Translations under genes and position numbers: made by a program | Shown here: piece by piece, positions 27,398 through 41,064 of the stretch | How the letters are laid out: the number at the start of each line of letters is the position of its first letter | Position numbering within the stretch: the stretch's first letter is position 1 | Source of the DNA: the human T2T-CHM13v2.0 reference genome, Homo sapiens | Strand: one strand, 5' to 3' | Length of the DNA: 64,000 nt | Assembly (NCBI RefSeq): GCF_009914755.1 | Contig: NC_060936.1 | The notes under the pieces: model-generated | What the model was told of the DNA's origin: nothing | Database searches by the model: none | Seen by the model: only the letters and a program-made list of their open reading frames with translations

Positions 27398-27686
27398 GGC
27401 CAGGTGCGGTGGCTCACGCCTGTAATCCCAGCACTTTGGGAGGCCAAGGCAGGCAGATCACTTGAGGTTAGGAGTTTGAGACCAGCCTGGCCAACATGGC
27501 AAAACACCGTCTCTACTAAAAATACAAAAATTAGCCAGCCATGGTGGTGCATGCCTGTAATCCCAGCTACTCGGGAGGCTGAGGCAGGAGGATCACTTGA
27601 GCCCGGGATACGAAGATTGCAGGACACCTCGATTGTGCCACTGTAATTCAGCCTGGGTGACAGAGTAAGACTCTGTCTCAAAAAAA
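27398..27686 (+). mobile_element. Alu (AluJb/Sx-like)
   Basis: Full dimer; TSD gaaactta(c/t)catctt. Confidence 0.95.
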
Positions 27687-30600
27687 GAAACTTATCATCT
27701 TAATGGAAAAGAATACCCACTTGGAACTACCATAGAAAACAAAGACAGAGTGAGTAAAAGCATTTGACCATATGCCTAGAGCCTGGCTGGTCTAGATTGC
27801 TGGCCTGGGGTTTCCCTAAGATAGGAGTAGCCTGAGCCAGTGAGAGAGAGCGCATAAAGATTTCAAGGAAAGCAAGATGACCAGGTCTTTGGAGTAGCTT
27901 GGGCTCAACGTGTTCTGACCCCCATGTAAAGAAGAGAATTGGAAAGTGAAGCCAAACAAATAGGTGCTTAGGCCTTCTCACTGGCCTTACTGGCATTCTG
28001 GCTGCATGAGTGGAAGAACAAGAAGTGTGGGAGAGTAAGAAAAAGACATAGGCATTGTTCTGATGGTGAATGAGACCTGGGATTTGTTGTAGTCACCTGG
28101 GCTTCTAGAAGGAAAACAATCTAAAAAAAAGTGTTGTTCTGATAAGTTTGGAAACCTAACTTAGTGTTGTCTCCACTCACTAAAGCAATGGTGAAAACAC
28201 TGTCCTGAATTTGATTGGTCCAGCTTAGAATTTCAGAGGATATCTTGTTTTAGGTCTGGAATCTTTATTGTAAAGGAGTGAAAAGGGAGTGGCTATTAAA
28301 GCCAATGGATGTTTTATAATTTAAAAATGTCTTCTACATATAGTGGAGCCCTGTTATGAAAGCCCAAATTACCTCATTGAAAAACAAAGCTACATAAACG
28401 AAATTGATAGTAAATGCTTCCAACAATTTATTTTATCACACACACATTCACAAATGTGCACACTGGTTCATTGAGCAATATTTTGTTATATTGTCAAGCT
28501 TCTATCAATATGCATGTATTAATTGGAGTTCAATTTTTTTGAATGTCATTATTCATAGTCTGCAGTTTCTAATTTTATTTTTTAAAAAGTGGAATGAGCT
28601 CTTAAATACATTTTTAGAGTAATAGGAATTCAGGATCTTTCTAACTTTTTTTTTTCTCCTAAGTTTTGTTTTACCTATGTTTAACACAATAGAAATTGTT
28701 ATTCTTAATTTTTAAAATCAACTCATCTTTATCATATTTTTTAAAACACTCATGTTTCAATGTTTTTTCATATTTACATTGCATCATTTATAAATTTAAA
28801 TTGTGTAATTATGATAAAGTAGGGTAGGTATGCAAACAAATACAGCAGATTTTTATTATCAGTCCTTTAAGGAGCAGAAGTGCTTCTCAGTTTTGAGACT
28901 CTAAGGACTCTTGGTCGTTTCAGAGTGAATGAGGAATGTTGATTAATGGGGTAAAACATACATACTAACAGAGCATAAACAAGAAAAAGAGTTTAATAAT
29001 CTAACATTTTAGATAAGTTATTTGCAAGTGGAAGTTGATCGTGATATAGTTTTCAAGTCCTTTGCAAAATCCAGTGGCATTTTGTCTACACAGATTTTCC
29101 TGAGGCACTTTCTGCACAAATGCACACAAGTACGCACCTCCTGCCCCGCAACTTTCCATATCATCTTTTAGATCTGGCAAAATACTCTCTAAGGCTAGAC
29201 CAATTTTGGCTCAAACCAGGTCTGAGCTGCTCTTTGGAATTTGGAAATATTTATATCTAAATTTGAGTTGGTTACATAGTCCAAGTTGGGGGAGTATAAC
29301 AGAATGCATTCAGGTCTGAGAGCCCAGTCTATGCGCACCCTAATAGGAAAGACACAATGGCAGGAGAGCACCATTAGTGCTTGATTATGTGCGCAGATTC
29401 ACCACTAGCTTTTTGAAGCTTGTCCCTCTTTTTTTGTGGTTGTCTTATATATGTAGCAACTAGCTCTTTCTGTATTTGGCTGTGATAGAAAAGATAAAAA
29501 TAAAGGTAGGGTTTTTTAGATGATTTTTAATGCAATCTGAAGTTAGAAGCAGAATGTTAATAAAACATGGCACAGTAGAAAGCTTTCTCAATGAATGCTT
29601 TCAGAATAAGAATTTCTGTCTCATGTAGTCACTTACTCACTTAGCAGTGCTGTCAGAGTCTGAAGCCTATGTGGGTGGCAGCTTCCAGGGAATATGAATA
29701 TACATGAGTGTGTGAAAATAGGGATATTAAAGGTAGCTAAAACCTTGAGTCATTTATTTTTCTATTTTCAACTTGGCCCTTAGGATAAAGCTGCACAACA
29801 AATTTAGGGATACCAAGTCGAAAACAAAATAACTAGAGTGTGCTGGATATTCCTAAACTTTATTAGATCTAAGAGAGCATACAAAACATAGTGATAAAAG
29901 AGACAGCGAGTGAGCTGTGTTTTAATAATTGAATATTGAATATTAAAGAGAGACTAGCAATGTTTTTATGGATTTTCCTTGGACTTTCCTGTGAAGTATT
30001 AAATAGTTTCCACCCTAATTTTCTTGCATTTAATAATTTGCAATCAGTTCATGCATTCATTCACTGAGTAAATATGTAAGCACCGTCTGTCTGTGATATT
30101 GCACTATCCCAAGTCATTTAAAATCTGATTAAACAGCTGAGGGGAACAGGTAATGGTAACAGAACATGAGCATGGTCTAAGCAAATATTACAGAAGAGAA
30201 GAAGTGAATTGGCACCAAATAGTCAATATGTCTTTTTGGCTTAATGCAACCTAGCACTGCAGAGAGGGAGGACTGGCAGTGACAAAGTAATCCCTTTATC
30301 ACTGTGTCTTGGAGTTTAAGTATTTGCTTTTCCATTAGGAATTAAAGAAGGCTAAATTTATATTTTATAGCTTACAACTTTTAGAAAGGAAACTCTCCTT
30401 GAGCACAAGCAACTATGCCTTTTATTATTTTTTTCTAGGACTAGAGTTCCTTGTACTTATGGTTTGTTGACATGTGCCTGGCCTCTTGGAGTACGTGCAG
30501 TTAGTAATATGCAGTTTAGAAGTAACAGAAACTAGCTGTGAATCAGCTTACACAACTGGAGGAAAAACAATCAGTCATGACAGCAATAATTAGAATTCAT

Positions 30601-32789
30601 CAAATTATATTCATATTCTCTCCTGTAACTTCTTTATTCTGATAATCTCCAATGCACATTAAGAGATAATTAGAGAAGAATTGTTCCATCCAACTGACAT
30701 TTAGTTACTCATAAGCCATTGAACTGCTAGAGGCTGGACTATGTTGTCTTCTACAGTAGTTCATAATTAAGATGTTATAATGCACATAGACATTGTGTAT
30801 GTATCTTTAAACATGCATAGGAGTTCATACTATATATTTCATTATGCCTAGAAATTTTTCATATTAACCTACCTTTTTCCCATTAGTTTTAAACAAGGAA
30901 AAAAGAAAAGCAGGAAAGCAGTGCAAATAGACGCCCGGTTTTACCCTGTGAGTTTTGGAGAATTTAGTCTTCACCAATTGCCAGATAGAAGAGTAGAAGT
31001 TGATTTTCCCTGGTAGATTTATTTAGAATCAGCCTGGAAGCAACTTCTGACTTTTATTTTGTGGATGAGAGATTCCCATGACAGTGAATTAAGTGAAGTG
31101 TGAAGGTCTTGGGTGCTAAGCCGGTGTCCTGCTGCTGAGCTGAGTTTGGTTGGTATTGCAGAGTAAATTGAAGCCAGTATAACAAGTCATTTGCACAATG
31201 TTAGACTAAAAATGCCTGTAAAAATCAAAGCACTCACATAAAAAAGATTCAACTAGAGAAATAATGGGACTCAATTTTGATGATCAAGAAAATCATCATA
31301 GAAGATTTTAGGAGGGCAGCACAAACGTCTCACATGATGAAGAAGGAGACTGATAGGATGGAAAGATGGCTGGATTCTCAAATAGGGGAATGAATAAAGA
31401 GAAGTAAGAACTTTGAAATGGCAGTCTACTTGAGATCGTACACATAAATGCATGTTTGTGGGAAAAGTCTACTGCTTGCGAACACATTTGTTAGTGAACC
31501 AAAAATGCCCTGTGGGTTAAAGCATTTCCCCACCCATCAGCAATTGAGGACAGCAAAGTACATGTTTAAAAAGGAAATTAAGTTCAATAGCTTCTGGTAT
31601 GTTTGAATGGGAACATACATCATTTTTGCAAAGCTTCAGTGATATTCTTTAAACTGACAGCAGGTCTGGCCACATTTCCTTCAGTTTCACATAATGATTG
31701 AACTTGTGAACTCTCCTGGCTTCAGACATTTCAATGGTGTTGGCTCTTTTCAAACCTTCAGCTTGGAGGATTTCTCATAAATTTTATTTGTTTTTATTGT
31801 GAATTTTTAAAATTATTTTATCCAGTTGCTCATTGTTGGTGAAAGCAATGGAAAAAGTTACCGTTCATATTCTTGGTCTTTTTGGGTTAAATGATGTCAC
31901 CCAGCACTGACCGGGGTGGGGGTGTGTGGGGAAAGCGATGGAAAGAATACTGTGAATCATACACAGGCTACGGGACCAAGAAGGTGAACGCTTGCATGTC
32001 TGGCTGTGAGTAGCTCCAAAGAGAAATTAAAATTTCATTTATTATCAAAAGAGGGACTATGTCTCTTCTGAATACATTAGAATGTGGTTTTTACTCTCAT
32101 TGTGACAATCTTACCCACTAATACCCATCAAGAACACATTCATTTCTAGGAAATGTTGTTTGGAATACTTGGAAGAAAATTCTCTTTGCTTCTCCATGGA
32201 ACTACCTCTTAGCTCTCTGTGCAAACAAAGAATGGCTTCCCCTTCCTTTCATTTTACACCTGCATTCTATATGATAATGGGTAGTGTATGAGCATTTCAA
32301 AAAACTACCCACAATATTTCAAATTATCATTAATTGTGTAGAAGTTTTTTTTCCTCTCACTGAAGAATTTCTGACTATATATTTACATGGCCTTTAGTAA
32401 TTCCAGCATTTTGGGATATGTACTTTTATCATATGTCATGCATTTTCACCATCCAGAAAATCATGTATTAGGAAGCTGTGAAAAAAGCACCTTATGAACA
32501 CCTACTGTACACTGAGGACTTTACATGGGCTATTTAAGTTAATATCCATAATAACTTGAAGAGGTAGACATTATTTTTATTTTAAAATGACTACATTTGT
32601 CTAGTGTGTTCAACAAGAAGTTTTTAAATCAGGATTTGAATAAAGTCCTTTTCTTCCCCAAAGCGTAAGAAAAAGATGAAAATAAATAACTCATAATCTC
32701 ACACCTGAAGGCAAACACTGACAGCATTTTCTTATACAACTTATACTTTTTATAAAAGCTAAAATATATGTCTCACCCTATTCCCCGCC

Positions 32790-33267
32790 TCTCAGTTAGG
32801 GTCTCTGTCAGCAACAGAATTCCAATCAGACGGTTCAATTGAGAAGACCTCAATGAAGGGATGATTTGCTGAAGTGTGGATAGGGCTGCCAGAGCCAGCA
32901 GGGGGGTTGGGGTCATGAGGAAACTGAGATGGCAGCCTATTACCTCCCTAGTCTAAGAGGATCTGGCAAAAAATAATGTCACTGAAGCCCAGTGAAAGCT
33001 GGAATACTGGAGGAGGAGCTTCATACCGGGAACTGTAGTCTAGGAGGGATGCAACCACTGCCACAGCCACAGGGCAAGACTGGAAAGAAATAACCTGACC
33101 TCCAACTCTCTTTCCCTCCTCTCATTTTAGTCTCCTATTGGTCTTCTTATTGGCAGAACCTAGCTGGAAGCCAGCCTTGATGGGAGCCCAGGTGCAGGGT
33201 TAGCCTCTCAGAACACAGAGAAGGGCAAAGAATCGTGGAGGAGTGCAAATGATGAAAAGCCCACACA
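32790..33267 (-). mobile_element. Old ERVL/MaLR-class solo LTR (subfamily uncertain)
   Basis: ~480-bp GC-richer block 'cagttagggtctctgtcagcaacagaa...ctattggtcttcttattggcagaacctagctggaagccag...cccacaca'. Confidence 0.55.
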
Positions 33268-33531
33268 AGGTTTTGCTATGCATAATCGTTTTCTGTTTCA
33301 GTAAAATTAACATTTATCAATGGCTTAATAGCAGTTTGCCACCTGAATATGTCGTAATCTTTTACAATGGGATATTTAGGTCATTTGAGCATTTATTATA
33401 ATAATGCTATAATAAACACCTTGTAGAAAACACTTTTGTACATATCTTTTATCATGTCCTTTGAATAAATTCCTGGAAGAGGAATTGGTGTTTGAAGGTC
33501 TTTGCATTTTTGAGATGAAATATAATATAAC

Positions 33532-33772
33532 ATAATGTGACCATTAAGTATACAGACTCTTGAGGACAGATTTTCCACGTTCAAATCTTGGCTTTGCCAT
33601 TTACCAGCTGTGTGGCCTTGGAAAATTAATTAACCTCTCTGAGACCCAGTTTCTTCCTCTTTAAAACTGGGCTAATAATAACATACGGCAATTTTTAAGC
33701 CTAGTTAATAAATGCAAAACATTTGTAATACTATATGACTTGTAATTACAATATAAATATTAACTATTGTTA
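33532..33772 (+). mobile_element. MIR
   Basis: 'ttcaaatcttggctttgccatttaccagctgtgtggccttggaaaattaattaacctctctgagacccagtttc'. Confidence 0.85.
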
Positions 33773-33786
33773 TTTGTAAGGCAACA

Positions 33787-34085
33787 TTTTTTTTTCTTTT
33801 TTGAGATGGAGTCTTACACTGTCACCCAGGCTGGAGTGCAGTGGCGTAATCTCGGCTCACTGCAACCTCCGCTTCCTGGGTTCAGGCGATTCTCCTGCCT
33901 CAGCCTCCTGAGTAGCTGGGATTACAGGCAGGTGCCACCATACCCAGCTAATTTTTGTATCTTTAGGAGAGACAGGGTTTCACCATGTTGGCCAGGCTGG
34001 TCTTGAACTCCTGACCTCAGGTGATCCCGCCCGCCTTGGCCTCCCAAAGTGCTGGGATTACAGGTGTGAGCCACCATGCCTGGCT
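33787..34085 (-). mobile_element. AluSx-like
   Basis: Full reverse-strand dimer with T tail; flanked by ggcaacatttt and gacaacatatttt. Confidence 0.95.
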
Positions 34086-34100
34086 GACAACATATTTTGA

Positions 34101-34738
34101 TGGGAACACTTCTACACTGCTGGTGGGAATGTAAACTAGTACGACCACTATGGAAAACTGTGTGGAGATTCCTTAAAGAACTAAAAGTAGAACTACCATT
34201 TGATTCAGCAATCCCACTACTGGGGATTTACCCAGAGGAAAATAAGTCATTATATGAAAAAGATGCACAAGCATGTTTATAGTAGCACAATTCACCATTG
34301 CAAAACCGTGGAACCAACCCAAATGCCCATCAATCAACAAGTGGATAAAGAAACTGTGGTATATATGTACAATGGAATACTACTCATCCATAAAAAGGAA
34401 TGAATCAACGGCAATTATCGCAACCTAGATGGGATTGGAGACTATTATTCTAAATGAAGTAACTCAGGAATGGAAAACCAAACATCGTATGTTCTCGCTC
34501 ATAAGTGGGAGCTAAGCTATGAGGATGCAAAGGCATAAGAATGGACTTCGGGGACTCAGTGGGGAAAAAGGGTGGGAAGGGGTGAGGGATAGAAGACTAC
34601 AAATTGGGTTCAGTGTATACTGCTTAGGTTATGGGTGCACCAAAATATCACAAATCACCACTAAAGAACTTACTCATGTAACCAAACACCACCTGTTCCC
34701 CAAAAACCTATGGAAATAAAAAAAAAAAATTTAAAAAA
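34101..34738 (+). mobile_element. 5'-truncated L1PB-like 3' end
   Basis: ORF 34097-34282 is L1 ORF2 ([19 protein letters not shown]); 3' UTR 'caccactaaagaacttactcatgtaaccaaacaccacctgttccccaaaaacctatggaaataaa'; TSD gaca(a/g)catattttga. Confidence 0.92.
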
Positions 34739-36023
34739 GACAGCATATTTTGAAAAACTGTTCTTCAAAAAGTTTGTACTAGTTTACATTTTCTTAAGCA
34801 GTCTTTAGGGGACACATGTCCCCATACTTTCACCATTTCTCTTAATCTTTGCCAATTTAATAGACCAGAGATAGTATCTCATTACCATTTTAATTTTTAG
34901 TTGAAATTTAATTTGGAGATGAATTTACTTCCTTTAATATAGAAAGGATTTAAAAATCATGTAATACTTTAGGGTCATTATGAACATCAATCATCATAGT
35001 ACTGTGGCTGCACATGAGTGATGGCTAATAGAGAGTTCTGGTTTGGAAAATTGGCTGCAGTGTTTAATAGCTTAGTGACTATGTAAATAAGGTACACTAA
35101 TGAATATTCATGAAATCTGTAGCCCAGCTAAATGAATGCTCTATCAAAGGGGTTAAATGAATGCACAGATTTTCCACTATGAAACACTGGATATATAACA
35201 GATGTACAATTCCAGTGTGGGATGCGCCCACTACTGTTTCCAAACAGCCGCCACACCGCTCATGAAATCATCCTTGCACCTGCTCATGCGGTGTGCATCT
35301 GTGCTTTGTTGGCGGTGCCACTGGCATCAATGTAAGAGATGGAACTAAACGTGATTGTTTTGTATCTGTAGCTGTTAGTGCATGGTAAGATACTTCTGGT
35401 GATAATTTTATTTACAGCTTCCTCTCTTGTGACCTCATATCTCCCCTCTCAAATTAGTTATTCAAATGCATCACTATCACCATGCAGCAGGCTAAGCAAT
35501 TCATCTATTCTTGAAAGAAATCTGCTCGAAACTAGAAGTAGAGATTCCTCTTTAAAGGTTAATAATGAAATTTCAATTACTTTTCCTTAAATGTAATGGG
35601 TAGATGCTTTAGATCTGACTCAACTATGACAGGCAAGCAAGCATGTGGGGAGGTGATGACAGTGGAGAAAAGTGATGTCTTCCTCTTGCTGGCAATTTAG
35701 TAAAAATTGCTGACACACTGAGGCTATCCAATTAGGTCCTATCAGTCAATTTGTGTAGTGGCGTCTAAGGGGGAAGAAGGCTGTGGCATATACATTTTCA
35801 TAGAAAAGACTGATTGACTTTTTTATTTTTTGTTTTTATTTATTTTTAATTTAAGGATAACATCGCACGTATTTACTGTGTACAACAGATTGTTTTGAAG
35901 TATATACATATTGTGGAATGCCCAAATGTAGCTAATTAACATAGACAGTACCTGACATAGTTACTGTTTTTGTAAGGAGAATACTTTACATCCACTCTGC
36001 AGTTTTTAAGGATACAATACGTT

Positions 36024-36341
36024 GCTGGGTGTGGTGGCTCACGCCTGTAATCCCAGCACTTTGGGAGGCTGAGATGGGTGGATCACCTGAAGTTAGGAGT
36101 TGGAGACCAGCCTGGCCAACTTGGTGAAAGCCGGTCTACTAAAAATACAAAAATTAGCTGGGTGTGTTGGCAGGTTCCTGTAATCCCAGCTACTTGGGAG
36201 GCTTAGGAAGGAGAATCACTTGAACCTGGGAGGTGGAGGTTGCAATGAGCCAAGATCATGCCATTGCACTCCAGCACTCCAGCCTGGGCAACAGAGTGAG
36301 ACTTTGTCTCAAAAAAAAAAAAAAAAAAAAAAAAAAAAGAA
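36024..36341 (+). mobile_element. AluSx/Sz-like
   Basis: Dimer with a small internal duplication (gcactcca x2); TSD aag(g/a)atacaata(c/t)gttg. Confidence 0.95.
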
Positions 36342-37295
36342 AAGAATACAATATGTTGTTGACTATAGTCAGTGTTTTGCACAATAGGTCTCTTTAACTT
36401 ATTCATCCTATCTAGTTGGAATTTTGTATGGTTTTCACTAACATCTCTCCACCCCTGACCTCAACCACCTCAGCCTTTGGTAACCATTCTCCTCTCCACT
36501 TCTATGAGATCAGCTTTGTTAGATTCCACATAAATTGGAGATCATGTGGTATTTTTCTTTCTGTGCCTGGTTTATTTCACTTAAAAAATGTCTTCCAAGT
36601 TTGTCCATGTTGTCACAAATGACAGGACTTCCTTCTTTTTAATTACGGAATAGAATTTCTTTGTGTGTGTATACCATGTTTTTTAAATCTATTGATCCAT
36701 CGATGAACATAGGTTGTTTCCATATGTTGGCTATTGTGAATAACACTGCAATACATAGGAGAGGGCAGCTATCTTTTTGACATACTATTGATTTCATTTC
36801 CTTTGTATATGTACCCAGTAATGGAATTCCTAGATCATATGATAGTTCTATTTTTAACATTTTGAGGAAACTACATACTGTTTTCCATAATGGATATACT
36901 AATTTACATTCCCGCCAATAGTGTGCAATATTGAGAAGATTTGCCACATCCTCTCCAATGTTTGTTATCTTTTGTCTTTTTGTTGATAGCCATTCTAACA
37001 AATATTAGTGATATTTCATTGTGGTTTTAATTTGCATGATTAGTGATGTTGAGCATTTTTAAATATACATATCTTGGCCATTTATGTGTCTTTTTTTTGA
37101 GAAAAATCTATTCAGCTCTTTTACCCGTTTTGAAATCAGTTTGAGTTCCATGTATTTTGGATATTAACCCCTTATCATATGTACAGTTTGCAACTATTTT
37201 CTCTCATTCTGTAGGTTGCCTCTTCACTCTGTTGATTGTTTTCTTTGCCATGCAGAAGTTTTTAGTTGGATAATTTTTATGATTAATTCTTTTAG

Positions 37296-37603
<308 letters not shown>

Positions 37604-37857
37604 TTCTCCTAGAAGTTTTATAGTTTCAGCTTTTAAATTTAGGTTTATGATCTATTTCAAATTAGTTATTTATGTATGGTTTGAGGTAGGGTCAAGGGTC
37701 ATTTTTCCCAATGTGTATATGTGATTATTCCAGTTTTATTTGTTGAAAAAATTTTTTCCTCCATCGATTGCCTTGGTGCCATGAAAATCAATTAAATGTA
37801 TTTGTGTGAATATATTTCTTAAATTTCTATTCTGTTTTATTGCTCTATTTGCCCATC

Positions 37858-38082
37858 ATCGTGGTTTTCAAAGTATGGTCCCCAGATCCATGGGGGTTTC
37901 TGAAATTCTTCCAGAGGGTTGTGAGGCCAAATTATTTTCATAATAATACTAAAATAAAATTTATTTTTTTCACTAAATTGATATTAGTACTGATTGTGTA
38001 AAAGCAATAATAGGTAAAATTGTTGGTGCCTTACTATGAATCAAGGCAATGGCAGCAAACTATACTTACTGCCATTGTATTC
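37858..38082. mobile_element. Charlie1-like hAT transposon terminal fragment
   Basis: 'gtggttttcaaagtatggtcc...attattttcataataatact...gaatcaaggcaatggcagcaaactatac'. Confidence 0.8.
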
Positions 38083-38084
38083 GT

Positions 38085-39560
38085 TACTAGAACTTTCAGT
38101 ACAATGTTAAAAGAGAATGGTGAGGGGGAATTTTTTGCCTTGTTTCTGATCTTAGCGTGAAAGATTCTAGTTTCTCATCATTAAGTATGATGTTAGCTGT
38201 TGGTTTTTTGTATGTACTCTTTATCCAGTTAAGAAAGTTCCTGTATATTCCTAGTTTGCAGAGTCTTTATCCTGAATGGGTGTTCGGTTTTGTCAAATAT
38301 TTTTTTCTGCATCTATTGATATGATCATATGATTTTTCTTCATTAGCCTGTTGATATGATGTATTATATTACATTAATTGATTTTCAGATGTTGGACCAG
38401 CCTTGCATATCTGGGATAACTCCCACTTGGTTGTGGTATATAGTACTTTTCATACATTGTTAAATTCTATTTGCTAAGATTTTGTTGAGGATTTCTATCT
38501 CTATGTTTATTTAGCATCTATGTATTGGTCTATAGTTTTCTTTTCTTGTAGTATCTTTGGCTGGTTTTGGTATTAGGGTAATTCTGGCCTCATAGAATAC
38601 ATTAGAAACTATTCCATATGCCTCTATCCTTTGAAAAAGATTGTAGAGAATTGTCAGAATTTCTTAAGTGTTTGGTAGAACTCACCAAGGAATTCATCTA
38701 GGCCTGGTGCTTTCTGTTTTGGAAGGTTATTAACTGTTGATTCAATTTCCTTAATAGATAGGAGGCTATTCAGATAATCTGTTTCTTCTTGTGTGAGTTT
38801 TGGCAGACTGTGTCTTTCAAGAAATTGGTCCATTTCCTCTAGGTTATCAAATTTGTGGGCACAGAATTCTTCACAGTATTCCTTTGCTATCCTTTTGATG
38901 TTTATGTGATCTGTAGTGAGGTCTTCACTTTAATTTCTGATGTTAATAATTTGTGTCTTCTGTTCATTTTTCTTGGCCTGACTATAGGCTTATCAATTTT
39001 CTTGATCATTTCAAAGAGTCATCTTTTGATTTTGTTGATTTTCTCTATTGATTTCCTATCTTTGATTTCATTGATTTCCGTGCTAATTTTTATTCTTTCT
39101 TTTCTTTTGTGTACTTGGGAGTTAATTTGCTCTTCTTTTTCTGGTTTTCTAAAACCTTCTAATTGTCTACTTACAAGGTCTAGACACTTGGAAGGTTTTA
39201 GATCTTTTTTTTCTTCCAATATATGCATTGAATACTATAAATTTCCCTCTAAGCACTGCTTTTGCTGGATTACAGACATTTTGAAAAGTTGTATTTTCAT
39301 TTTTATTCTAGAATTATTTTTAAATTAAAATTTCCATTTGTTTGCTGCTATAATATAGAAGCACAATTTACTTTTGCTTATTGACCTCATACCCTGCAAT
39401 CTAGCTCTATTTCTGACTTTGTTCGTGTGTGTGTGTGTTTATTCCTTAGCTTTCTCTATGTAAATAATCATGTTATCTCCTTATCGAGACAGTTTTACTT
39501 TCTTTTTGATCTTTATGCCTTTATTTATATATTTTTTGCCTTTTATTTAGATTGGAACTC
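38085..39560 (-). mobile_element. L1M ORF2 internal fragments
   Basis: ORF 39019-39228 gives an L1 ORF2-like peptide (KISTEINEIKDRKSIEKINK); 'ggttttggtattagggtaattctggcctcatagaat'. Confidence 0.85.
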
Positions 39561-41064
39561 CTTATAAGAGCTTCAGTAGTGGCCTTTTCATATTTGATGA
39601 GGTCGATAACAAGAGCTGTTGTGTGGTGATGGATTTTTTGTAAGAGAAAACTCAGTGGGATCCAGAAAAAAAAGCCTTGAGGAACTTTAGGATAGGAACT
39701 GAGATTTGGTTTAGTCTGGATAAGGACTCTGACAAAAGCTACCTGAACCTTGAGGAGTGTCTAAAATTTGGAAAAGGACTCTACTCAGATCAATCTGGTT
39801 TCTGAAAAGGAATCTATCTTGGAAAACTGCCACATTTAAGCATTTTTCTTAGGATAATATGAATACTATTGCTCTAATTGTGGCAGATTGCTTGCAAGGG
39901 ATTCCACCTCCAGCACCCCTTGCCTGAGCTCCTTCCTTAAACACAGTGAATGCAAGCACTCTGCCACCTTCAGCTGACTCTTCCCAGACAGCAGGTGCAC
40001 ATGGTGCTACCACTGGAGTTGGAGAAGGGTGAAGACTTGGAAGTCATCACGTCATCTCTCATTCACAAAAGGTGGGGGCGTGTGATATATATGCCTAAGT
40101 TAAAACATGGTCATCCATCATAAAGCATTGTTGATGTGGCAAAGGGAATCATGAGAGCAAAGCTTTCAGAGAGTTGGTTAGCGCCACTTAGGCAGAAAAT
40201 CGACATTGCACTTAACTTGTATTGGCCTGAATTAGAAGAAAGAAAGATGTGACTTGAGACACTAGTTTGAAAGTCGACTGTTTTCTTTGTCACACAGAAG
40301 TCTATATTGAGCATTTGCACTGTGTTCACAATACAAGATATTGTAGGAAAAGAAGTTATACTAGCTCTGTCTTAAACAGTGATCGGAGAAATAGCTGCTT
40401 TGTACCGTTCAAAATTTCATGATGTTATTGAGATAATGTAAGCTAAGGACTGGAAGTCCTTGGGAGATGTGGTGAACACACATACAGCAGCATATACATT
40501 AAAAACCAGGAGAAAAATGTGGTGCTTTCTCAAACCAGAGTGTTTATACACAGAGGACTTTTTGAAATAAGGGGGCTAGAAATTCTTTTACTGCAATCTG
40601 CTTTCCTACTGACTTGAGATTTAGGCTCATTTATATAAGAAGTTATGTTAAAGAGATTAAGAATGAAGAATAAGTGAGCGACATTAATTTACCATCACTT
40701 ATTAAGGATTACTGGTATAGTAGGAACAGACCTAGGACTTAGAGACACACAAATAAGGAAGAAATAGCCCTGTCATTAAGATACATTCATATTGGGGGAA
40801 AAAAAGGATACTTTTTCAAATAATTGTAATGAAGTTAAATGATAGTACAAATTTGAGAGATATTCATAAGGACACTGAAGTTTAGGAAGGCTTATTGTCA
40901 GATATATTTACAAATATATAGCTATATATGTATATTGTCATTAAACTTGAAGTTTAATATACATCTAATTGTAAAGTGGTTTTTGGACTCCATGATTTTC
41001 TATATTTTTTGTTGTTTTATCTATTTGGTATGTAAATTGTTTGCAAGTGAATCAGCTGAGATTT

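Noticed and set aside
31913-31940. G-rich run as a possible G-quadruplex
   Set aside because: Only three runs of three or more G; does not meet the canonical pattern
38855-39328. 157-aa hydrophobic, membrane-protein-looking ORF
   Set aside because: The T-rich antisense strand of L1 ORF2 yields spurious F/L/I-rich peptides
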